Assembly: GCF_006345805.1 (NCBI RefSeq)
Contig: NW_021835040.1
Span: 10,676 to 74,675, forward strand
Reading direction: 5' to 3'
Length of the DNA: 64,000 nucleotides
Origin: Octopus sinensis
Lineage: Eukaryota
The position numbers and the translations under genes are program-made. Positions 54,335 to 64,000 of this stretch are shown piece by piece (positions within the stretch are counted from its first letter, which is position 1; each line of letters starts with the position of its first letter). The notes beneath the pieces were generated by a model that did no database searches, was not told the origin of the DNA, and saw only the letters and a list, made by a program, of their open reading frames with translations.

Positions 54335-54905
54335 TATATTATCAAGACCGAAACGATGAAAGCTAGCCTCGTCGCGTTTGAACTTAGAAAGTAGCAACAG
54401 ACGAAACACCGCTAAGCGTTTCGCCCGGCTTGCTAACGTTTCTTCTAGTTCATCACATTAATGATGATAATGATGATGATTATGATAATAATAATAATAA
54501 TAATAATAATAATATAATAATAATAATAATAATAATAATGATGATGTTAATGATGATGATGATGATGATGATAAACTTTCATACTATAAGCAGGGGAAAG
54601 GGGTCAGTCAATTAAATCGACCCAAGTCTTTCATTGATACTTAATTTATCGACCCCGAAAGGATGAAAGTTAATGTCGACCCCGGTGGCATTTGAACTCA
54701 GAACGTAAAGACGGACGAAATGCCTCTAAGCAACTTACCTGGCGTGGTAACGATACTGTCAGTTCGCTGCCTTAATAACAACAACACGAACAATAATAAT
54801 AATCCTTTCTAGTGAAGGCGCAAGTCCTCGAAACTTTCGGAGAGCGGACCAGTCGATTACGTCGACCCCAGTGAATCACAGATACTTAATTTATCAACCT
54901 TGAAA
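54335..54905 (-). mobile_element. Three SINE-B copies/fragments in (AAT)n/(GAT)n
   Basis: ATCGACCCCGAAAGGATGAAAG..GACCCCGGTGGCATTTGAACTCAGAACGTAAAGACGGACGAAATGCC is a clean reverse complement of the family B body, with two further fragments. Confidence 0.85.
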
Positions 54906-55699
54906 TGATATTATCGGAATTCGACCTGAGAAGTTTAAAACTTGGGAGAAATATCACTGTACATTTTGTCAGCTATATTAAGAAATCTGCTAAATTCCAG
55001 CTTTAAAATAACGAATATTAAAAAATAGCAAGAAATTCATTTCTACTATTGAACTCACGTACAGGATATTATAATTTGCCATCGTGATTCAGCATTCAAA
55101 TATGTAATAGTGACACATCTAGATTTTTAATTTAAGGTTCTCCGTATAATATGTATTTCTCGTGGTTTATAGCGAAATCTTTAAAATTAGTTATGTAATA
55201 ATGAAAATTGAATGCTATTGATATACAAAATATGAATAAACGAAAATTCATGTTGATATTTATCCTGCAAAATATAAATATATAATCAAAGTTTAATGTT
55301 TGAATCTCATAAAGGAGGGAAAATGAAAGAAAATAACAAACATGGTTGTAATGCAGAACATGTAATATGTAAGAGACAATTCTTCCGTGCCAAATTATCT
55401 CTCAACCACGCAAAATTGTGGAAATTGGATTTGAATAGAATCCCTATATAAACTTGCCATCCGTGAAACTGCGATGTTAATCACGAGGACAAATACATGA
55501 ATGACACGCAATCACATTTCTGCTCTTCTATATCAGTGCACTTACAGCAGTTCAGCTAGCATGAGATATAATGATAGAGGTAAATACATCATTGCAAATA
55601 TATTTGCACACACCATATATATATAAACAAAATAGGATACATAAAAGCAGGTGTATGTATATATAAATAACCAAATAAATATATCATTAACTATCTAGC

Positions 55700-55732
<33 letters not shown>

Positions 55733-56047
55733 TATATAACACCACACACACACACTATTAAAATATATATATATATGTATATGAGACACACCCAAATATA
55801 TAATGGTATATATACATATATGTATATATATATTAATATATATAAACACACACACACACACTACATATAATATGTATAGTATATACCCAATATATAATGG
55901 ACATATATATATATGTATATATATCACTCATACATTCGTGCACGTAGATTTATATACGCCTGATATTGTTTGTACACCTCCTCACACATATATGTGTATA
56001 TTTCTATATATCTATATATATATGCACGTGTGTGTGTATATGTAGAT

Positions 56048-56079
<32 letters not shown>

Positions 56080-56499
56080 ATATTATATATACATATGTAT
56101 GAATGTAGTATGTATATATGTATGTATATATATATATACATATATATGTCTGTGTGTGTGTATGTGCATGAGTGTTTTTCTGTTGGTATGTATGCAAATC
56201 TATCTATCTATATATATATGTGTGTTTGTGTCAATGTCTGTGGGCGTTCTGTATATGAACGTAGGTGAAGTGGGTTATTTGGAAAGTAATTTCGTATTTT
56301 AACAAGAAGGTGTTAAACAAATACCTGTTAAGTTTAAATGAATACAATTTATTAATGATTTAATAAAATAAACCTCACCAAACAGAGTTCGAATTCGTTT
56401 GCTAAAACTTTGAATTTTGAGTTTATTCACCCATGCTAACAAATATTTGTAATTATTGCTGCTTGTTACGCAGTGTTAATGAGTTATAATTTTGAAGCT

Positions 56500-57280
56500 A
56501 TGACAAGGCAGCGAACTGGTACAATCGTAAGCACGCCGTGCAAAATGCTTAACGGATTTTGTCTGTCTATACGTTCTGAGTTCAAATTCTACCGAGGTCG
56601 ATTTTGTCTTTCATCCTTTCGGAGTCGATAAATATGAGTACCAATTTCGTACTAGGGTCGATGTAATTGATTAGCCCCCTCCCCCAAAATTTCGGGCGTT
56701 GCGCCTAGTATAGAAAAGAATATTGAAGCTTGAACTTCATGTCTTACTCGCAGATATCTTTCGGGGTCCGAGATTTTGATAATAATTCGAGAATAGTTCG
56801 AACGGCGTTTGCTTTCTATTTTCTCGTCACGAATTCAAACCACCTCGGCCTTTCATACATACTGAGTCTAAGTATGAATATCAGCCGCAAGAAGGCGAGC
56901 TGGAAGAAATGCTGGCAAAAATGCTTAGCGGAATTTCGTCCATCTTTTTATTCTGAGTTCATTTCCGCCTAGGTCGAAAACATAAGTTCCAAACGAGTAC
57001 TGGGGTCGATGGCACCGACTTAGACTTCTCCAAAATTACTAGCCTTGTGCCAAAATTCGAAACACACATGATGACCGTAAGATGGAAAACGGGTAGAATC
57101 GTTAACACTCGGAGGAAAATGCTTAGCGGCATTTCATCCATGTTTACTTTTTGAGCTGGACGCCACCGTGTCAGATTTTTCTTTAATTAAAGATCGATAA
57201 AATAAAATAAAAAAACAGTGGACCACTGAGGTTGAAATGATCGATTTACCTCTTCCCAGAAATTACTGGTCTTGTTCTAA
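56500..57280. mobile_element. Four SINE-B copies (+, -, +, +)
   Basis: Heads GGCAGCGAACTGG (56507), GGCGAGCTGGAAGAA (56894) and GTAGAATCGTTAACAC (57093); reverse fragment CTTTCGGGGTC..CACCTCGGCC around 56760-56860. Confidence 0.85.
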
Positions 57281-58449
57281 ATTTTGATGTTGTTGGTGTT
57301 GAACTGCCAATGAAAAAGCCTTGGGTCTAGGTTAGAAATTGACGCTTTCTCTGTTGTCAGGAAATCTTGAATGAAAACTGAAAAATTACAGATATACATA
57401 TAAATACTAGATTTTTTAAAGAAAATAGAAAAAGAACTGATCCAAATTCTCTAAATCCTTGCTATTAGTGGCATTGTGATGATTTATAAGACATTCCAGA
57501 TATTTTCCATCTAAGATTCTTATGTAAATAAATGCACAGACTTGGTTGTGTGCTTCGACAGCTCAAACTACTCACCACCTCAACCACATATTTACAATCA
57601 CCGGCAATTCTCTTAAGCCCCAAATTCTTGTTGCTCTGTTAGTAACCGGCTTGAACACGCTTAAGAAAAGCTAAATAAAACCCAAAGAAAAATCTTACAA
57701 ACATACATACATACATACTTGCATACATACATACATACATACATACATACATACATACATACATACATACATACTGATATATAAAAAAATTATCTGTTGT
57801 TGACGTTAGAATTCTAATGAATGAAGGAAACTTTTCCTATTGGCAAGAAATCTTGAAATAAAACTGAAGAATGACAAACATATACACCTACATATTCTCA
57901 TAGCGCAGCTGCGGCGGATTCGTATTATTATCTTCAATATTAACATTTGGGTGATTATCTCTATTTAATGCAAGCTTGGTAGATTGTTATGTCGGTAGAA
58001 TTTTGGAAAATGCCTTGCAGGTCTGAATTATATCAATTTCCTTTATGAGTTGAAACCGAGCCAAGGTTTGTTCTCTATATATATATTAGAAGGTACTGTC
58101 AAAGAACGGAAGGTTTAACTGTCAAAGCCCATTCATAATAAAAACATGTGATCTTTCGCAGTTCTTAAAAATTTATATAAATGTTTAATAGAGAGACATT
58201 CCGCTGTCAGAAAGTGTAAGGAATTGGATTTTGTAAGATCTGTTCGAAGCCTTATATAATATTACGTGAAGGAAAATTTCTACAAATTCTTGAAATATGA
58301 TTCGAATAACGAATCGTATTTCAGTCATAGGACTACGATCATGCTAGAGCACCGCCTTGCCCGGATTAGGTGGATGTTATATCTGAATTTAAATTCTTCC
58401 TTCCACTGCTCCGTTAACACACTTGACTTCTATTCGACTGTCGTCATGG

Positions 58450-59100
58450 GTTACAGTTACTTGTGCTTCATAATCTACGAGGATATATCGCATTTATTCC
58501 TAAAGGACATTTCAATTTGTCTCTACATGTACATCCAGGGTAGGCTTGAGTTCGCGCTGGTTGCTTCATAATATATCTTTTAGCATTAGTGGAAGAAATG
58601 TTAATTTTAATCGAGTGTCTGTTAAAGATCTCACGGTTTCCAGAAATATCTACTAAATGAATATCTATTTGTTGCAAGAATCTTCTACCTATATTTGCCT
58701 TAGCTTTAATGGAAAAACAGAGGGAGGTGGACGTTGGGCGAACCATACAATTTTTTGAAATATATTCTTACGACGAGTTGAGAGAGGAGGTGTAGGTTAT
58801 AAAATATTGCATCAGTAAAGCTGCTATCCTATGGCACCTAAAAATATGGAGCAGCGTTTTCAAATACTTCTTTGGAAGTAGGGTATGTGGTTCTAAGGCT
58901 TTTGATTGGAATTAAGTTTTTAAATACACTAGACGGGTGATAGGAGATTTTATTAATATATTTCAAGTTCGCATTAGTCGTTTGACGGTAAAATAGGAAA
59001 TAGTTCTGAGGTCTGACGAAACATAAACACTTCGTCCTAGATAGGTTAGTAGCAATAGCGATATTATGTCCTAAAAGAGTTGAAGGTTTAGATTAAGTGA
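58450..59100 (-). mobile_element. Degenerate Penelope-like element (post-RT linker)
   Basis: SKEVFENAAPYF, then FSIKAKANIGRRFLQQIDIH...EIFNRHSIKI...CTCRDKLKCPLG. This matches the PLE motif PPFS..VKTNIGK.FL.LID.HF....KIFNR...K...CNCR...CPL. Confidence 0.75.
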
Positions 59101-59474
59101 TTTTTAAAGAAATCATAGCATGGCAATCACAGATGTGCAAAGCATCGTCCCAATATATACAGATGCTATGGTCGGTGTATTTGGAATTAATATGCAGTCA
59201 TATATGTATAAATATTTATATATAAGTATACAGTGTTCTGTCTTTCTCTATAGGCTTATATCTATGGACGTGTATATGCGAAAGGGGGAAGAGTAGATAG
59301 ATAGCGAGAAGAAAAGCTGTCACGTGTAGCAAAAATGAATATATAAGAAGATAATTAATCAGCTATGTTTGAGAAACTGAACTCTATGCATATATATATA
59401 CACTCACAAACACGTACAAATGCGTGCACACACTTAAGCGCACGCACAATCACAGATACGCACACACACACACA

Positions 59475-59519
<45 letters not shown>

Positions 59520-59621
59520 TTCTATATGTATATAAATATATTGTATATATACATCCATATACATATATACATGTGTGTGTATGTGTGTGTGTGTATGTAT
59601 GAGTGTGTGTATATGTGTGTG

Positions 59622-59671
<50 letters not shown>

Positions 59672-60377
59672 TGTCTGTGTGTGTGAACGTGAGTTAATTT
59701 GCTAGTGGTTGTAACCGAAGGAAGACTGAGTCAGAATGGAGGAAGCGATGAGAGCGAACAGAACGTTACCGATGCGTGCGGATATATCGCCGCAGATTGC
59801 TTAGACTTGAGGAGGAAAAAAAAAAAAGGTTTTTCCATTGGAAGACAAGCGTACTAATTGAAATTGATAGTGGAATTGAAAAGTAATTAATTTTCGCCAT
59901 TGTGTGAATAACAAAGGCAGTAGCAGTTCTCTCTGACACACACAGTTAGTGAGTGCAATATAAAGACCTATTGCCCTAAAGACAATTAACGAGCTACACG
60001 TATCTGCCACATGCCATTTTCGTGCTCTAGAACATTAATATTGCGAATGAAATAAATATTCCAGAGCGTTAGTGCCAAACATATATTCCTTATAAAATAT
60101 TACTTTTGATACACGAATCTTTTATGTTATGTATTTCGATTCTTTTTTTGTCATTGGAACACAGCTATGCTAGGGTTCCACCGGGAAAAAGTTTCCGTCG
60201 GAAAGGTCGTCACCGGAGTTTATTTTCCAGCTCTGTTACTTATTCTTGTTTCAGGTTTGTCGAATCGCTAATTTACGGTGACGTTAACTAACCAGCCTCA
60301 GTCGTGAAGCATTGAGGTGGGGGGAGGGAGCGAGGTACTACCGCAGATGTAAAGACACACAGACACACACACATATA

Positions 60378-60412
<35 letters not shown>

Positions 60413-60574
60413 ATAGTACCCATTGATATGGATGTTTTTGTATACTCCAGTATACATATTGGATTATCTGTAACCATATGTGTATGTATATTATTATATA
60501 TATATATATATACTTATATAAATGTATATATATATGTGATGCATGAGGAACGACCGAGAGAACGTTGTGGCTAA

Positions 60575-60728
60575 AGAGTCAGCAGAAGTCCACCATTACC
60601 TTCTGCTGGAGACGCGTGGAGTGTAAGCGTTTCGCTCATTCACACACACATCACCCAGTCTGAGATTCGAACTCGCGATCTCTCGACCGCGAGTCCACTG
60701 TTCTAACCACTTGGCCATGAGCCTCCAC
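60575..60728 (-). mobile_element. SINE family C, 5' part
   Basis: Minus strand GGAGGCTCA-TGGCCAAGTGG-TTAGAACAGTGGACTCGCGGTCGAGAGATCGCGA-GTTCGAATC; body matches the 12788 copy. Confidence 0.8.
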
Positions 60729-61384
60729 ACTCTTCATGTATGGCTAATACAAATTCATACATAAATTCAGACATATATAATATGGAATAACTATCGGAAT
60801 TATATAATAACTTTTGCAGTGTTCCTGACTCTGAGACGCAAAACACAACATAATAATACAATTTACTAATTATAAATCATATATGATAATAATGAAATTA
60901 TAAATTACTAATTATTTGGATGATAACAAACACCAAAATGAACGGAAATAACGAAACACTTCGAGGATCTTTGATTATATTTCGCATCATCTTAAGACAT
61001 TTCTTCATATACTATATAACCAAATTATTTCATACTGAAAATTAAAATTCCTTATAAGATTGCTTAACAAATATTTATTTAAGAGAGAATAAACTCAATT
61101 ATAAGATGAGCAAATATTTATCTACCTAGCTTAACAGCACACTATGTGGAAATAATTCGTGGCTATATCATGAATGAAGAGAATGAAGAAAGAACAGAAA
61201 GGGTTCTAATGCACCAATGTTTGGGCATCTCTGAAGAATGGTTTTAGTGTACGAGAACTCAGATTTAGTCAATGCATCGAATGTAAAGAGTCTGGGATTG
61301 TATGTGGAATGGTGAGAAATGATGGGGGTAGGAATTGGAAATAGATGTTGCGAATATGAGAAAACGAAAGGTCAACGCACTAGG

Positions 61385-61770
61385 GCACAGTGCCCTACGC
61401 ACACACGGACACACGCAGAGGCACACACAGAGACACGCATACATAATAACACAAGCAAACATGCACACGCATACACAGACACAGCATACAAAGGCACACC
61501 CACAAAAAGGCACACGGACGAACAGACACACACGCACACAGGCACACAATCATACGCACACACAAGCACATTCAAAGATCCACACGAACCCACAGGCACA
61601 TGAGCAGACAGGTACACGCACACACAGGAAAACACACACGCAGACATACACATAAAAGAAGCACACTCTCACACAAGCGCATGAGCACAGAAGCACACGC
61701 GCACACCGGCACACAGAGAGGCATATGCACACACACACACGCACACACAGGCACAGGCATACGCGCACAT
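61385..61770. repeat. Degenerate (CA)-rich low-complexity tract
   Basis: CACA/CACG/CAGA/CATA modules over about 380 bp. Confidence 0.85.
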
Positions 61771-62127
61771 ATTGTGTTGATTCTCCTTAATACACCTTCA
61801 CTTTTTGTAAACATTTCTTTCCTTCCTTCAAAATCTTTTACAGATAGAAAAACAAAACAAGAAAAAATGATTATAGCAATTGTCGATTATGGACGAAAAG
61901 CATCTTACCGAAAACAAGGACGAAAATGCATTCCATTGGAGACAATTTCCTTCCGCGAATTATAGCCAATCGAGGATTTGGCGATTAAAAACTGAAAGAA
62001 AACCCAATGTATCGTCAATTCCAAAGTATATATATACCTAAATACACACACACATACACACACACACATACACACACACACACACACCAACACAACAACA
62101 CAACACTAACACACAACACACACCCAC

Positions 62128-62166
<39 letters not shown>

Positions 62167-62267
62167 TATACTCTACATACACACACACACCTATAAAGGG
62201 TGAGGACCGAAATATTTCAAAGCGATATTAGATCTGTACCAGCCTTTCCTTATAACTCTATATATGT

Positions 62268-62372
<105 letters not shown>

Positions 62373-62522
62373 TATATATATGGGTGTGTTGTGTGTATAT
62401 ATATATGTATATATATATATACCTATGTATATATATGTATATATATATGCAATATATGCACATATATATATGTACATATATATATATCTATATCATATCA
62501 TATCTATATATATATCTATATC

Positions 62523-62580
<58 letters not shown>

Positions 62581-63463
62581 AGTGTGTGTGTGTGTTGTCA
62601 TCCGAATTTTGTAGCTTTAAATATCCACAACGGCTGGTCTTACCATTCGGTTTCGCCTAAAGAATACAATGGAGCGCCAGGTAAAAATCCTATCATATAA
62701 TTCTACACTCATCAGAGATAGTCGATATGGAAGGAAATATGGCGACATATATATACACATAAACGTATCTGTACACACACGCACACAAACACACACGCAC
62801 ACACACACACGCACACACACACACACACACATGCACACATACCTATATTTCTCTCCGCCAGTGTAGCTATCAGATTACCAGTGGATGTTATACATAGGTT
62901 CCTCGAATTGCTTTAGCTCTATATTTATCAATGTCATATTTAGGTCAGCATAATCGAATTAACAAAGCAATATATTCCTTACAATACGAAATTTAATTGT
63001 TTGAATACAAGAGAAACAGCAAAATTAATTCAAATTCTGGGAGTTAGACAGAAATATAGAACAAAGGAAATTAGTTTTCCTTCACCTATAAAAATAGCAA
63101 TTAATATCTATACGGCATTACGCTGTAAAACGGATGTTAATAGAATACATATATGACATGTACGATATTAATAAAATACACAGGCATTACACGGGGGGGG
63201 GTTAATCATGCGTGAAGAATATATAGAGATAACTGAGGTGGTTGTCATTATGTCTATTCGATCAGACTTATCTTTTTGCTCCATGTTTACCCTTCATATT
63301 ATACGTTCTATTTGTCACCCTGTATGCATACATTTATACACACACACACACATACATACATACATACATAAACAGATGCATATATAAATACATATAAACG
63401 TAAATATATCTTACTATGTGCTTAATGTGCCTATATATAAATATATATATATACACATACATA

Positions 63464-63720
63464 CAGGGTTATTCGAAAAGAATTAACCGATTTCATTACG
63501 TGATATTTTAATAAAGAAAAGCAATAGAAAACAGCTAATTCCCAAGTATTTACTCACAATCAACTTTTATTTCCTGTCTTACGAGTGCTCAATATGGCTA
63601 CCACCTGCAGCACGGGCAACATCAATGCGATAAGAGAATTCCTCCCAGACGTGTATCAGCATATCACAATCCACTGACTTGATCGTTGTTCGTATTCTAT
63701 GGTTAATGTCATTGAAGTTA
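63464..63720 (-). mobile_element. Tc1/mariner right end: TIR + transposase C-terminus
   Basis: TA (63462-63463) followed by CAGGGTTATTCGAAAAG. The minus strand encodes NDINHRIRTTIKSVDCDMLIHVWEEFSYRIDVARAAGGSHIEHS*, the typical ...YRLDVCR...G.HIEH* ending. Confidence 0.85.
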
Positions 63721-64000
63721 GTGAGTAGCGTTTGAGATTTCTAAGATTTGATTGGCTGCTACAGGAGCACTGTAGTCGCGTCATTCTACCCGGCAACTTT
63801 CAGCTGCTTCTTGGCACTCAGAATGGCGAGTCCTCAGCAAAAGTCGTTCGTCGTTCTCGAATTCACGAAAGTAAATTCGGTTGTCACGGTGTACCGTGCT
63901 TTTTGAAGGCGCTTCGACATTAATTCGCCCTCGCCTAAGAACATTCGACGGTGGTTTGAACAGTTTCAAAACTGAGTAGATGTCTTTGTAAAGGGAAATT
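63721..64000 (+). mobile_element. Tc1/mariner 5'UTR + transposase N-terminus (opposite orientation to the adjacent C-terminus)
   Basis: ATG at 63823: MASPQQKSFVVLEFTKVNSVVTVYRAF*RRFDINSPSPKNIRRWFEQFQ, matching MATPQEKAxCVLxF.K..SV..VQRxFR..Y...PP....IRRW..QF. It contains a stop and a frameshift and runs off the window. Confidence 0.8.

Noticed and set aside
59880-59925. TAATTA plus paired Sox-like motifs (CATTGT, AACAAAG) in unique DNA
   Set aside because: Short AT-rich motifs are expected by chance; conservation data would be needed.
60230-60290. Very strong acceptor CTTATTCTTGTTTCAG|G
   Set aside because: All three frames stop within 12 codons and no good donor precedes the stops; at most a UTR or terminal exon, and unsupported.

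Overview
AT-rich, microsatellite-saturated eukaryotic genomic DNA. The repeat families and the (TA)n/(CA)n/(TATC)n/(TAA)n density resemble what I recall of Octopus (coleoid cephalopod) DNA; this assignment is from memory, not a search. I recognise no intact host gene, rRNA, true tRNA or CRISPR array, and nearly all supplied ORFs are microsatellite read-throughs or transposon pieces. The window looks intronic or intergenic. It contains: four tRNA-headed SINE families (my labels A-D, about 30 copies or fragments); four Penelope-like element (PLE) coding remnants plus PLE terminal repeats; two complete-looking and several partial type-I hammerhead ribozyme motifs; a 5'-truncated Tx1/L1-clade LINE; two R4/Dong-type (RLE) LINE fragments; a pogo DDE remnant; and a rearranged Tc1/mariner end. 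The best leads are (1) a Tx1-like LINE whose three insertions all sit inside (TATC)n tracts, suggesting GATA-microsatellite targeting, (2) two unrelated hammerheads sharing a non-canonical N.A opposition at the base of helix II, one enclosed by 39-bp inverted repeats, (3) fold-back palindromes at PLE/hammerhead junctions, and (4) closely spaced inverted SINE pairs as candidate ADAR substrates. Coordinates of degenerate repeats are approximate (about +/-20 bp).
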